Of a DNA stretch of 64,000 bases, positions 10,089 to 24,130 are shown piece after piece. The DNA is from Vermamoeba vermiformis (lineage: Eukaryota): contig JBEWZL010000267.1 in assembly GCA_045837725.1 (NCBI GenBank), forward strand, positions 1 through 64,000, read 5' to 3'. A program made the position numbers and the translations under genes. The notes beneath the pieces were generated by a model. It saw nothing but the letters and a program-made list of their open reading frames with translations. It was not told where the DNA came from and searched no databases. Positions within the stretch are counted from its first letter, which is position 1. Each line of letters opens with the position of its first letter.

Positions 10089-11733
10089 CCCCGGCAAAAA
10101 ATAAATCAGCCTTGCCTTGCTCGTAGAGGAAGGAAATCGGCCTTACCTTGCCCGATCAGCAAGGCAAGGCACCTTCCCTTTTTGACGGAGCAAGGGAAGG
10201 CGATAGATTTGTGGCATAGCGATGGGAGCGAGGAATTTTGTGAAAGCATTGATAATAGTACCAACAATGATGGATGGTACATTGAATTCTCGTGATCCCA
10301 GATCGTTTGGAGGTTCAAGATCTAGAGATTTGAAAACGATTTATTTTTCAGGGGACAATTATTAATAGCTTAAATGTACGGACACTAAATAAACCGAGAC
10401 TAATTATTTTGCTATGAATTTGTTCAAGTTTGATGATTATTGTATCGCTGATTTGTCAGCTGGATCAAGTGCGCTTTGCAAGATTTTATACTTGACAAGC
10501 TTCAATATCATATAAAGTGTTAGCGCAGCGATGGCAGCGTTCAACAGTGAATGCTTGATCCAGATTGAAAAAGTCCCCGAGGAAATTATAGTTTGGTGAG
10601 CATTCTTTGCATAGTTAAAGGAGCTCAAGAATTATTTATACTGCCTTGTTTAATTTGAACAGCTTAACATTCTTTATAGCAGCGGTTCGATCCAGATTGA
10701 AAAGTTCAAGAGACGGATTCAAGAACAAGGGTCATATTTTTTCGTAATTACGCTTTAGAAATTTTTGTATTATGTTAGGATATAGATTTTGATTGCCGAG
10801 CTGCCTCAGTAGTAATTCAAGCTAAAATTTCGAACGCAGTTTTAATTTCTCAACGCAATCTAGCAACACAAGTGCAAGTGAAATCGTAATGGCGCATATT
10901 GTAGCGCCATTTATATTACAATTATTGGTTAATCGAGTTTTGCAGCGATAGTCCACTGTTGAAGCGACGGACGACCCGTTACACGATTGAAGATGTGGCC
11001 TTGCGAGCTGAAGAACGGTATGAAAACAATTTTAAAAAAATAACAATGCAATAGCAATGGCACAATCCATATTCCAATTCTTTCAAAAGTAAATAGAATT
11101 AAGAAAAAATTATTTCCTAATTCAAATCCGTTTATGTTAATTAATACAGTCGCTTTGAGTGCCAAGAATCGCATTTAATAACAATCGCACATAATAACAA
11201 CAATTTATATTAATTATTTATTAGAGTCGCTGCCGAACAAACCAAGACCAAAAGTCCATCCGCCGAAAACCAGCATGATCGTTCCGCCTCGTACCGTTGT
11301 TGGTAAGCCAGTAGCTGTTAGAATGCCAACTGAAGTTAATTAATTATTTGAAATTAGATCTGAACCGGATGCCTTAGAAGCAGAGCTGTTGCCTTGATAC
11401 TCGCTTATGGTACGCAACAATGCAATGGAACTATATATTAATATTTCTTTTCAGGTCATAGTTCCAAGGTGCCATCGATCCGTCTGAAGTACTAGAAGAT
11501 CTAGGTCGCCGCATCCGTACAACGCTGCATGTATTAAACTTTGTATTTTAGTAAACGCGCGTTCATTAATATCAGACAATTTATTTTACAAATATGGAAG
11601 GTGGTATACGTCTGTCGCTTACCACCGATCGCCTTCCCTTGCTCTGGGCGCAAGGTGCCTTGCCTTGCTCTCAGGGTGTATACAACTTGCCTTACGCTAT
11701 GAGCAAGGCAAGGCTGATTTATTTTTTGTTGGG
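10089..11733. mobile_element. Non-autonomous TIR DNA transposon (~1.65 kb), probable TA target duplication
   Basis: Left TA|CCCCGGCAAAAAATAAATCAGCCTTGCCTTGCTC matches the reverse complement of right GAGCAAGGCAAGGCTGATTTATTTTTTGTTGGG|TA. Inner inverted blocks: AGCAAGGCAAGGCACCTT (10158/11652) and GAGCAAGGGAAGGCGAT (10188/11628). No intact transposase ORF seen. Confidence 0.85.
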
Positions 11734-12280
11734 TAATTACAATTTTTAATTCTACTGCACTCCAATTTTAGGCAACGAGTTCAATCCGATATTAAATACA
11801 TTTTTAATCTGCTGATTAGACCATCTACAGAAGAAAATGCAAATCAAGATCGAGATCTTGAATCCATTCGCGATAACTGCGCAGCACTAGCTATTGTAAG
11901 CAAATCAAATACGCCAGCTTGAACAGCTGTAATTGGAATAAATGAAATCATTCTTCAATTTTTAGTGAAGTCCGACACAGCAGGATTTATTCTGTGTGTG
12001 CAAATCCTGTAAGGATTTTTTCTGTTCGTTTGTTTTGTTATCAGGATTTTTCCTTGGCAGGATTTTGTGGAGTATTCCTGCAAGGACTCCAGCCACCGTG
12101 ATAGTGAGCAAAGTGTTGATTGAGAATTGCAGAACAATTGACCCTAAACAATCTGCAACGAGACATAGAGCAATTAAAGGACAACACGACCCAAGAACGA
12201 CTCACTAAACTACAACAGCGAGCTGAAAGCTTTAAAGCTCAATTACAAAACAAACACCTTTAAATAAACCATAATCTTAC

Positions 12281-12601
12281 TTACCTTGGATAAAGCCTTT
12301 TTAGTTGTACGCGTCGTTCCAAAGCCGAGCCAAGTCGTTCCTGCTGCCGTTGAATGAATTCAATTTTGTAGTCGGTATCTTTCTCTGGGCGTTCTCCTAG
12401 TTCTTGCAAGGGCTGCATCCAAACGATTTGTTTCACTTTGTAGCTTACAGCTTGATAAAGAAGCCTGTCAAAGACCCGAAACTTCTTTGCCACCATGCAT
12501 TCATAGCATCGCCGCTCATTTCGATTGAGGTTGAGACCTTCAAAGGGATCTGGCACTGCTGTGGCGAGTTTGACGAACAAGTCGTACTTCCAATCTTCCA
12601 T
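12281..12601 (-). CDS. Small hypothetical protein, possibly the first exon of a longer gene
   Basis: Coding-like ORF MEDWKYDLFVKL... ending at a GTAAGT donor-like site. No recognisable motif. Confidence 0.35.
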   Translation of the reverse strand: MEDWKYDLFVKLATAVPDPFEGLNLNRNERRCYECMVAKKFRVFDRLLYQAVSYKVKQIVWMQPLQELGERPEKDTDYKIEFIQRQQERLGSALERRVQLKRLYPR

Positions 12602-12839
12602 GTTGTAAGTTAAATAATTATTCAATGACTACCAAGTGTTTAAATATTTTAAATATCTAATAACGGCTACTTAAATCTGAGAATTTTCTTCGATTTCAAA
12701 CTTTAATCAACAGATCGAGCGGGAATTAATTGGTTAAAATGAGCGGCAAAAAACCGCTCTTTATGACCGTTGGTCATAAAATCATAAATGGCGTTACAGG
12801 AAACATAATACAAACCAACGAAAAATTAGTTGCATTTAT

Positions 12840-15800
12840 TTACACGTTCGTCCATTTCTTTAAAATGTCGCCAATTTTGTCTAACGTAGCTGGCTTGCTA
12901 ACAAAATCGTTCATTCCGACCTTGATTGCTTCCAAAACTTTTTCTGGCTGTGCGTATGCACTAAGTCCGATGATCCGCACTGGATGTGAAACATTTTTGT
13001 TTGCTTCAATTTCTCTGATGAGTCGGGTGACTTGAATTCCGTCCATTTCTGGCATGGCAATGTCCATCAAAATGAAGTCGTAAACGTCGGGCTCATACTT
13101 CTCCACAGCCTCGCGTCCGTTGTTCGCGATGACGCACTCGTAGCCTTTCTTCTTCAACAAACATCTGCACAGTACTTGATTGATGTAGTTGTCTTCAGCT
13201 ACGAGGGCTCTTCGCGTTGGTGCTCGCTCTCTTGTTGGTGGTTGTGTATTGGCAACTGTACTTTGAGCGTTCGATGCCACGACACGACAGTTGATGCTGA
13301 ACTCAAATCCGGTGCCAAACGCAGCAGACTCGTGTGGTATGACTGCAATGGCCTCGCCACCCATAATCTTAACCAAGTTGTTACTAATTGCCAGGCTGAA
13401 ACCAGTGTTGCTATAGTGACTTCCAACGCTTCGATTGGCAAAGGAATGCTGATGCATGGCGATAAGGTTGGCAAACTGTTGCGGGTCTTGTTTCAAACTG
13501 TCCGATGTTATGCGCGTTGTCAAACGACCGCATGAATGGTCGTCAGTTGTAGACATTGACTGTGAAATAGTCACCGTGCCTCCTTCGCTGACGTGTTCTA
13601 TTGTGTGAATAAACAAGGTGGCCAATATGTGATTCAAGCACCTTGTATCAACGAGGATCGCTTCCGCCTGAATCGGTTGCAATTGAACTCGAATGCTTCG
13701 AGCTTCTGTTTTTACGCTGAAGCGCTGAACGACGTCTTCAATCATTTTCTTCGCGTTGCATTCTGTTGGTGACAACTCAAACTTGTTGGAGTACATCTTA
13801 CTCAGGAACATGGCTTCATCGACCACTTGAGTTTGGTAATCCGTGCACTCTTCGATGTTGTTCAAATAATCCTTCATTTCCGTAACGTTATCAAGGATGG
13901 ATTGCTCTTCTTCGAAGACTTCTTTTTGAATGACATTTTGTAGCGCGAGTTGATGTGATGTTAACCGCTCTGAGAGAAGCTCCCAGTTACCAGTAATGCC
14001 GTGAAGAGGGTTTCTAATCTCGTGGCAAATCATGTCGATGAATTCATAGAGGGCTTCGTTAAGCTTTCGCAGTTCGTTAGTTTTCTTCTCGACTTCTTTT
14101 TCCAAATGAGCACGGAGTCGTCCTAACTCAAGATGATTTCGCACGCGCGCTAAGAGCTCTCTTTCCGAAAAAGACGTTTTAACGAGGTAATCGTCAGCAC
14201 CTAGACAAATATTTGATTATCACTGTGTCATAATAGCAGCATTGTGAATGTGTGTTACCTGCTCCTAGTCCTTCAACTTTAGCTTCTTCACCAGCACGAG
14301 CAGATAATAGGATCACTGGTATTCTCTTCGTTACCGCGTTATCGCGCAATTTCTTGATAAGTCCAAAGCCGTCAAGACGAGGCATCATAACATCGCTCAA
14401 AATGAGGTCAGGAGGGTCGTCACACGCGAGAAGATAAGCTGCCTCTCCGTCAACTGCTGTGGTCACAGTCCAGAACTTTGATAAGATGTGTTTGATGTAA
14501 TTGCGCATGTCAACATTGTCATCAGCGAGTAGAATTCTGTACGGCATTCGCTGTTGGCCAACGACTTCTTGCTCTTCGTGTGGCGCGTCTTCTTCAAGAG
14601 CATCGCTTGAGTTGAGCCAAGTCTTGGCTTCTTCAAGCATGTACTGCCTCGTGTTGGCGAGAACGTGTCGCTCGTTGCTCTCTCCAATCTTCTCTTTTGG
14701 CAAATGGGCGCTGCCGAGAGGTATTCTAACAGTGAAAGTTGTGCCTTCACCTAATTTACTTTCGGCTGTAATTTCTCCACCGTGCAACTTCGCGAGTTCT
14801 TGAATCATAGCCAGGCCGATTCCCGATCCTTCAAAGCTTCTTCCTTGCATGTTCTCGATGCGATAGAATCGTTTGAATAGATTCGGCAGTTCGCTTTCAG
14901 CAATGCCAACACCTGTATCAGCCACACTGAAGTAAACGCTGTCTTTTTCTTGTCTGAAGGTTATCTTGATGCTTCCGTTTAAAGTGAACTTGTACGCGTT
15001 GGAAATAAGATTCATGACGATTTTCTCCCACATGTCCACGTCAACGTAGACAGGCTGATCCACCGGGTGGATGTTGACAGTGTATTCCAACGAAGATTGA
15101 TGCATTAGAGACGAAAATAGTTGACAAAGTTCTTGCGTCAATTTGCCAAGGTCAGTTGGCACAAAAGCCACTTGTGCACGTCCAGCTTCGATGCGCGAGA
15201 AATCCAAAATTGCGTTGACCAACTTGAGAAGTCGCAATGCGTTTCGCTGAATCATGAGCTGGCGGACTCGTTGTGTAGACGGCAATGGATGACTTTCATC
15301 AGCGAGTGAATCAGCCAAAGGACCAAGCATCAAACTGAGCGGCGTTCTGAACTCGTGACTAATGTTGGTGAAGAATACTGTCTTTGCTTGGTCAATCTTT
15401 GCGAGTTCATCCAGTCTTCTTTGTTGCGATTCGTAGGCCCAGACTGCGTCGAAAGCTTGACCAATGTTAGAAACCACCAACGACACGAACGACTTATAAT
15501 CTTGATCGCATTCAATACGCGGACTTAGGCCGGCAATGAAGACTCCAACGGGAGCGCTCTTCGTTGTGGAAATTATAGGCGTGACAAGTGCATGTCTGCA
15601 AGGCTCGGGCCAAACTTTGCCGTAGATCTCGCCAACTATAGCCACCAAATCATCAATCTGCACTGTAGTCTTTTGATCCATAACATTCCACAACGACCAG
15701 ATTCCTGCTGTTTCACTGTCTTCAGTCACTTCTTCGGCACTGTACGACTTTCCTGCCTCAACTCCGGTGATGACTTGAAGTTTCAACTTGTTCTCTTTCT

Positions 15801-17190
15801 CGTCGTGCAAATACATCAGGGTGAATGGCAAGTCGGACGGATAGTTAGCGACGACCTTTGACAGTGACTGAACGAACTCTTTTGTCGTGCTTGTTTTGTT
15901 GATGTTGCTGAGTGCACGAACGGCAGCCAACCTTCTCGTTTGGTACACGTTCTTCGTTGTCTCCACGCCAGTATTGAAAACACCACCAACCTTCATGTTC
16001 TCCTCGTAGATCGGACAGAGCGTGTAGATGAAGTAGCACTCTTCGGCAAATCCTTTCCGTTCCATGACGAGCAGTGCGTCTTCATAAAAACTGGACGCTT
16101 TGCCATTCATTGCGCCTCTTAGCGAGTGGCCAATAGTACCTTCGAGTTCGCGCCAAACTTCTTCAATGGCTCGCTTTCCTAAAACTGGATGCTTCGCGCC
16201 AAGGAACGGCCTGTAACTGTCGTTGTAGAAGAATGTGAAATTAGGTCCCCACCAAATGCTCATCGGAAAGGAGTTCTTCAAACAAATGCTGATGCTGGAC
16301 ACCAAGCTCTGAGGCCAATTCTCCATTGGGCCAACGTCGGTTTTGGACCAATCAACGGCCAGAGTTAGCCGACCCATCTCTCCGCTCTGAGCAAGAAAAT
16401 TGACCAAGTCGGCGGTGTATCCTGTCATGGAGCGGTCAATGTACGTTGTTAGCCTCGTGGACCTCTTCGGTGATGAAACGACATCTGTCACAGCCGTTGT
16501 CTCTTGAGACGGGATTGTGAGTGTGAATAGCGTATTTCCGTGCATTGAATTGACGTTGATAACTCCATTCAGTGTCTTTGCGAGTATTTTACACGCTACG
16601 AGACTGAGCTCGAACGATTTATCAATGTGATCAGACCCAAAAAAGAAAGCTAGTCGCTGGATCTCTTCTGTGCTGGTAGTATGCGCAAGCTCCACGACGA
16701 ATGTCAACTGGGCAACATTAGATTTGTTCGCATACTCTTCTGATAGCGTAATCCTTGCTCGTGGATTTAGATCGCGGGCAGTGTTTATGAAGTTAATAAG
16801 AATAAGCTTGAGGTGCTCTTCTTTCAATTCAACCGATATCGCGTTTTCTTTTGCAGCCCGAATTGATATTAAATGATCGTTATTCTGAAAATACGATTTG
16901 GCATCTGCCACAATTTTTGACGGATTGAGCTGGCTTGATTGACAGTGAAGCGTATTTGTTTGCCATTTGGTCAAAATTAAATAATTCTCGGTGTCTATTG
17001 AAAGTTGTGTTGCCCTTCGTGCCAAGCAATTGAGGTATTTCTGTGTCTCGTTGGACAAATCTGAATTTGCTGAATTGTGTTTGAAGGTTTTTGCTTCGTA
17101 TTTTAGTTGACCTATATTTCGTAATATTTCTTGGTAGGGTTTTTGCAATTTGTTACAAAATGCTTCGATCTGTTGGTGAACTTCCGCCAT
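12840..17190 (-). CDS. Dual hybrid sensor histidine kinase (PAS-like/GAF-HisKA-HATPase-REC-HisKA-HATPase-REC)
   Basis: H-boxes ISHEFRTPL and ICHEIRNPL; N/G boxes NLISNAYKFT, DTGVGI, GSGIGL; receivers ILLADDN..DVMMP and LVAEDN..DIAMP..KP. A single coding intron (~14201-14258) joins GLGA|GADDYLVK. Confidence 0.95.
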
Positions 17191-17968
17191 CTGAAAAACA
17201 AAAATCAATAATGATATCAAATGAAACGATATTATCTCTATTTTTTATCATCCTTATTATTTCAAAAATGAGCGACATTAAACGAGGCAATTACCTAGCA
17301 GCAAGCAGGAAAATGCTGAACCGTTGTATTTCGTATTTCAAAAAATAAGATCCAAGATAACGGGGCTACGACTGCCGCCGTAAGTGTCTACCGGAAGAAT
17401 AATGCCAAAATAAATTGCGAGGCCAAAAATGCACGACCATTGCGCTGTTTTGAATAATTGAGGAGATCTACCACCACAGCTCCGAGCCAAACTGAACAAG
17501 TTAGTAAATAGTACTTCGGCGCCAAGAATAATTAGCTTACAAGCACAACGCTTTCTCGATCTCTGAATTGTGTTCTCGAGCCATTGCGTAATTTTTTTAT
17601 TTCCGTTTATGATCGAGCAGAAACGATTAATCTTCTCTCCGAATCGAATAACTAGCCTCGAACAATGACAAGTTAGGTTTATTAATATTTCAAGTAAAGG
17701 CTTCAATCGTTTTCGACGTGCCAAACTAATCCCGAGGAACGACCTCAAATTGCAACCTAAAAAATTCTAAGACACCGGCCAAAGTGGTGGAAAGAAAGAA
17801 GGTAATTAAAATTCGCGATATTTGGCAACCTAAATTTTGAATTAATTTTCGATCTAATTTTCGGATGAGCGCGCCCAGCACTGGAACGCGTACTAAAAAT
17901 AAAATGTTGTTTATGTATATCCTTTACTTTTTTAGTCGTCAATTGTAATGACCAGTACGTATAGATTC

Positions 17969-20240
17969 TTAGAAAGGTTGCTCGTTGAGGAATCGTTCAA
18001 ACATGGCTGCAAAAAACCGAATTAAAATACGTATTCCTAATAACGAAATAACGCCACAAAATTAACTTACTGAAGGCAGGAACAGGCTTGAATTGAGGCA
18101 CCATGTGGCCAGCACCCTTGACGGTCAAGAAGGCGAAGTTGTGCCAGTACTCAGTGACCATGCCGCCGACTTGTTGGTTGTTGTCGTAGTACCATTGGCG
18201 CCAAGGAGTTTTCTCGGGCAAGCCCATCATATTCGAGGTCCAGTACTCGGTGCCAGTGTAAGGCACAGCTGCGTCAGTGTCACCGCTGAAGATCAAGATA
18301 CGCACGCCGTTTTGCACGAGCTTTTGATGGTATGGCACCACAGAGTTATCCAAAATATCGCTGTTGTAGTTGTTGTTAACAGTTTCGCTGCAAATACTCC
18401 ACTCAATGTTTTGTTTGTCCACGTGGATCGCGCGTTGAACTTCGGGTTTCTAAATAAAACCTCTTAATTAATCATATGAAACAATATTCGACGATAGTAT
18501 ATACACCATCGGTGTAAATATAATGCGGTAATCAATCATTACAAATGAAGAATTTGACGGTCAAGTCACCGTTCTAGATCGCGAACTTACGTTCAAATAG
18601 CGAGTGGCCTTCTCAGCGTTAGAGCAAGGAGGAACCAACATAGTGCTGCGTTTATTCATAGGCTTCTTAGTCACGAGCTTGCCACCGGGAGAGCGGTTAT
18701 CATTGGGGCGTTGATGGTAGCACTCAGAGTAGATGTCGTAGACCTGCATCCAGAAATTTTACTTTAAGTAAAATTCGTTGTAAAGCAAACGAATTTATGT
18801 TATTTATCGAATAGAATTATGTATAACCACCAATCATGTCCAATATTTAAATATATAGCGTCACTTACGTCAATATCGTTCATCATCTCAGTAATCGTAC
18901 TGACAGCGTCTTGACACTGAGGGCTCGTGGTGTCGTTGCAGTATTCGTAGACTTCGTTCCAAGTCTTAGTGCTGATCACACCGTGGCCGTACAGGAAAGG
19001 AATCAAAGCGACGTTGGCCGAATCCGCGTAAGGATCAGTAATTCCGTTACCAACCATAATACTATTGTTTCAAATTATAATCTTAATACGATGTTCCAAT
19101 ATATATTACTATTGTTGCTTACCCCTTCAAGTTAATTTGAGGGTTACCATTTTGGTTGCCAGTGATGACGGCAACAGCAGTGGTAGGAACGTAAACTCCG
19201 GCCTAACAATTCAATACATAAATATACGGTACTTAATGGCTAATGCTTCGTATTAATTTACGTCCTTAAACATATTTGTAAAATTGAGTGGATGTGCTTA
19301 CGTAAGACTCGCCAGTAATGTAGAAATCGTTATCGCGGTATTGAGGGTACTTGGCCAAGAAGGCTTGGATGGCGTTGTAGTTATCGGCAGCTGTTCGTAT
19401 ATTCCGTTAATATTGGACTTAACAAAGATCCGCTGGGATCGCGTGCTCGGATCACCCTGAGGTCGATTCCAATATGATAAAATATAACGTACCGGTTTGA
19501 GTATCACTGTTGGAGGTGTAATCGGAGGAAGTGTTGCTATAGCTGAATCCAACACCGGCAGGGGATTCTAAGTAGAGCATGTTGGCAAGCAGGTTCCAGC
19601 TAATTTGCGAATGTCAGCTACTATAACCGGTAATATTTAAAATATAATACGTTACCTTTGAGGCCGGGGAATGAGCTTTAAGTCGTCAGTGCTATCGTCG
19701 AACATCATGGGACCGTGTTCCTTTCAAATTCAGCGGTTAATAACCGAATAATTTATTAAAAGCTTAACTTACATAGAAGAAACCGTCCATAGAAGAGCAA
19801 CCAGGACCACTAACAATAGTTAATTACTGAAACTTTCCGTTCTGATGCTCGAAATTTAATTGGTCATGCATCGAAATGTCCCGAAAAACTTTGTCACCGG
19901 AAAATTCCAAATAACATTTTAAGAGTACTTAAAAATATTAAAATATTAAATTTACGTACCCGTTCAACCACAGAATAAGAGGAGCACTAGTAGAATTGCT
20001 TTGCGCTTCAGTGAACCAATAATGGAACGCACGACCATTTGAACTGTTCACGGTCAAATAACCTGAATATTGAGGGGCCAAAGTAGGACCGCTCTATAAA
20101 TAAAAATTTATTATTAATTATTTAAATCGAGGATCTCACAAATAACTTACGTAATAAGGCAAGTTCTTGATCAGATCCGAGTTTCGCGCCAACACGGCGA
20201 GGGCAGCAAATGCGGCCAACAAGATCAATTGTGCTTTCAT
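17969..20240 (-). CDS. Serine carboxypeptidase, peptidase family S10 (secreted)
   Basis: Signal peptide [68 protein letters not shown] and [10 protein letters not shown] motifs across many exons. Confidence 0.95.
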
Positions 20241-20385
20241 GGTGATTCGAAGATCGCTAGAATCAGAAGACCAGACAAGGAAGTCGACAAGGCAGGTGAA
20301 TTTCGAGATCAGAAACTTTTCGGAAAAGAATCTTCTTTGCGTAATTCGTGGCTTGATGTGCGGGGTGATTATGATTTGCCGAACC

Positions 20386-22759
20386 TTAAGCCACCTTATT
20401 CGTAACGTCTTCTAATGGTTTTCCACCCGCGACAGTCGCGTCCTTTTTCTGGGTCAAGTCGCACAAAAATTTGTCTTGCAGCATTTCAATTGCAGTTGGC
20501 CTGGCACTTTCGTCCTCTTCCAGGCATTTCGAGATGAACTTTAGTAATTTTTCATCCTTTACCAAGCTGTTCATGATTAGTAAATATTTTGAATGCCCGC
20601 GAAGTACTTACGCAGCGAGTTTGTGCTTGATCCATTCAATAATTTTCAGTTCATCTTTTTCGTTTGTGAATGAGTAAATAGGTTTACCAATCAACTACCA
20701 ATAATGTTAGTGAATGCAGAAAGATCGATGGACTTACCACTTCAATAACAAATATTCCAAACGCGTAAATATCTGCCTTCTCGGAATAAAATTTTCTCTT
20801 TACGACCTCTGGTGCGCGGTATCCTGTTGTTCCGCGCGAGGTGGGCTGATAAACCTGAAAAAGTTACGAACCCTTAGATCCGCGACTTCTGAATGCTTCG
20901 CTACCAACTTACTTTCGGCTCGTAAGACAAATCGAAGTCTACCAAATATGCCTGGTCACCCGTATCAATCACGTTGTCGAACTTCACGTCTCCGTGGCAC
21001 AGACCAACAGCGTGCATGTCCGCAAGTGCTTCGAGGACTTGTTTGGCTATTCTTCGTACTTGAGAGATATTCGAACGCGCTTCGTGAATCTTATTTTCCT
21101 TCCATTCGAATAGAGTTATGTGCACGCCATCAACGAGCTCTGTGACCCAGGGGTGAATGAACTTTTTGTTGTCGGATCCAAGTCGCTTGAGAACTTTCAC
21201 TTCAATCGGAGAGTCACGGAGATCAAGCTACATTATAAACGTGAGTAAATGGTGTTTAAAAAAACGAAGACATACTTTGGCCAAATACTTTTCGCCGGAT
21301 CCATTGTAGCGGACAACCTTCCTCGCGTGCTTTGTCAACTGAGCTAGTACCAAGAACATGCCAATTGAACGAAGCAACATCTCTGGATCGTTGACGGTGT
21401 ACAACTGCTCGGGTTGAATTTGCTTTTTCTTCGTGTTGATGTTCGTTGCGGTGCCTTTATTTTGATGGTCGCCGCCATTGTCGCCATCGTTGTTATCATC
21501 GTCCTCGCGCTTTTCCGACAGCTCCATCGAGGCCATTCTTTGGGCCACTTCACCGACGCTTGTATCGGACGTCGAAGAATTGATGCGGCTGTTGTCTGAC
21601 AATCTAGAAGGTGATTTGTTACTCGAAGATCGAGGTGCTGTTTTTTTGCCCCACGGCACTTGCAGCAGGACGGATAGCATGATTGAAAACACGCTGTTTA
21701 ATGAAGCGTAAATGTCTCGGGCTGACAGTGCCAAAGCGAACGTGCAACGAGCTTCTTCTTCTAAAAACACGCAGCAGTTATATACATCGTGCACGATATC
21801 ATATTCCATTTGAAATACGGTCACAGTGTCTGCGCCAATCAGGATACCAAAAATAGGACCGAACACCGACCTCTTCGGGAAATCCAATTGCCATCGCCGA
21901 ATCATTGAGCGCATTGTTTGAAGCAACTTGAATAAGTCCTTGTGGGTGGCAGACTTCTTTTTTACTCCGTATTCAGCCACAAGAAACGGTCGTTCATTCG
22001 AGCTGCAGAAATCTGGCTTGACGATCGGCGTAATCCAGGGAGGAAAATGATCGGAATTAATGTTGGAATTTCTGATGTGTACGAATATATCAGCATTATT
22101 GTCATGGTTAAAAATATTAGTACTTACGACCGGTTTTCAAACGACCAAAAAAAATTTTGCAACGCTGCGTAGATAGCAGTTGTCCAGTCCGTTTCAGTCC
22201 ACTTATCCTTTCTAGCGTATTTTAATCTCACCAAGGCATTGATATAAGTACTAAGGCTCTCTTTAACACGTAGATTCTCTCGTTCTTTAAACTCCGAAGG
22301 CAGCGCTGAATAAATGAGGTCGGCCAACTTAGCAACATCTCCTTCTGTCATGTAGTCTTCTTCATTTAATTGAGATATCAACTCGTCTATTTTTGCAAAA
22401 CGATGCTTTGGCAATTTCTGCGGATGTGGCTCGACGACGGGACAAATCCGCCACTTTGCTAATACTTGTGCCCCAGTGGACCTAAAATAATATATTAATT
22501 TACTTGGCAATAATAGTATTGATAATTTTGGTAAATACTCTGATAATTTTTTGTTTGCTACTGCACGCCAAAACGAATCTGTCCGATTCTCCGCTATGTG
22601 CCTCCAAATATTACGGCAATAATTTGTTCCATTTGTTTCAAGCTCAAATCTATTATCTAAAGAATAAATTAATTCGATCTGACATTTTTTGATTTTTTTT
22701 TAGATCAGTTGAGTACCTAGTTTGTCGGGCTCCTCGTCGTCTAAATAACACTCACTCAT
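20386..22759 (-). CDS. REase-like nuclease-kinase fusion, copy A (apparently intact)
   Basis: Exon 1 MSECYLDDEEPDKL; VKPDFCSSNERPFLVAEYG..HKDLFKL..M..IFGILIG; kinase YLAK, HGDVKFDN, DFD, RPTAIEML; tail PLEDVTN. Confidence 0.8.
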
Positions 22760-23165
22760 TCTACCATTCAATTGGTAGATGTTATTGCGGCCGCGTGTTA
22801 CTGCGGAGATTTTAAAACACAAATTGGCGCAATTATTTTATTTTGATTTAAAATGCAGTAAAATGTAACATGGCACTAACTGATTGTAAGTATTTGCTAT
22901 TTGGTATGTTTAGCATTTTCTAACAGATCATAGGCAAGGCAAAGGTCCTGGTTTTTGATGCGAACTCGAATCTTGTCTTGACCCGTGGTTCCGGGCGAGT
23001 ATGACTTGCGCATGGTAATTAGATCACTCGATGGATTAATAGAGCCAATTTGAAGGATATTCGCAAGTTCTATTTGGTGTCGAATCCCGATCAAGATCTT
23101 CAAAACTCAAAATTCGAACTAAAAACTGGTCTTCATGCATTCGAAGTGCACACGAAAGGTGTCTA
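22724..23165 (+). pseudogene. Inverted copy of 30395-30840: shared promoter plus truncated 5' exons of a copy-C paralog
   Basis: GTCGGGCTCCTCGTC...TTATTGCGGCCGCGTGTTACTGCG...ATGGCACTAACTGATTGTAAG...CACACGAAAGGT is the reverse complement of 30395-30840, with indels. Confidence 0.85.
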
Positions 23166-23499
23166 ATTTGATTAAAACAGGCCACATAATTAATTTTTAA
23201 GTTTTAATTTGCATTTTGATTTTCAATGCCGAATAAACGTTTAATAGTAATACTCATAGCGATTAAGTTATTAATTATTAATAAATATTAAAGATCCGAC
23301 CAAAGCATCGATGTATTTATCAGCTTAATACAAGGTGCGCGGTAATAGCGATTTTAGAGTTCACACGAGGAGAAAAACACGAGCGACGAGGGAGCTGACG
23401 AAGAGGACGTGCCAGAAAAACAAGTATCGAGTTCTTCGACTGAAAAATCTATCCACCAAGAAAAAGACCAAGAAGAGCGCTAAGACTGAGTCGAACAAA

Positions 23500-24130
23500 T
23501 CGATTAATGCTTCTTTGCCAACCATTGTTGCACGTGCTACTTTTAGCGACAAATTTAGTTTCTAATATGATAATTTCATTCAGAGCCTTAACAGCGGTGC
23601 AGATGACAACGGTAGTGGTTTTGTGTCAGTCTTGGAATTGGCACGCTTGTTCAGCAAGCTGTACGCGAGCAGTGAAAGAACACACTGCGTCGATACAACT
23701 TGTTGTTCTTGTTGACCGCCGGTGATAGCGCTAAAAGAATATTTACAACTCGCAGTGGGACGTTAGCTGGCAGCACGAGCGCTTCTCTCGTCCCAGAATT
23801 GCTGCAGGCACTGTTTCGGCGCACGCTGCTGCTGTTCCTGTTCACTTGCGCCGTGGTTTGTTTGACGATGCGTAAGTACTCGACAGCTATATAGTAATCC
23901 ATAGCATAATACTATTATCTGCCTCAACCAAGAGTTGAGAAGTTGTTGGATCTGGGACGATCCGCGAGACTTACTCAAACATTTTTCGGGTTCTGATACT
24001 TTTTTATTATCAGTCGTCATGCTAATGTCGATCGCTTGACCAAGAACATCAAGTTCGTTGCCGAATCATTGGCTAAATACGGTACGGACACCCAGACCAA
24101 CATCTTGTCCTTTACATTCTCATCAGAGTA
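23500..24130 (+). pseudogene. Nicalin-like (M28 family) gene fragments
   Basis: SLPTIV, SGADDNGSGFVSVLELARLFSKLY, RYNLLFLLTAG (after a frameshift) and VDRLTKNIKFVAESLAKY, with large internal portions missing. Confidence 0.7.

Noticed and set aside
10037-10090. Helitron 3' end
   Set aside because: A hairpin is present, but there is no CTRR terminus at the expected distance and no Rep/helicase in the window.
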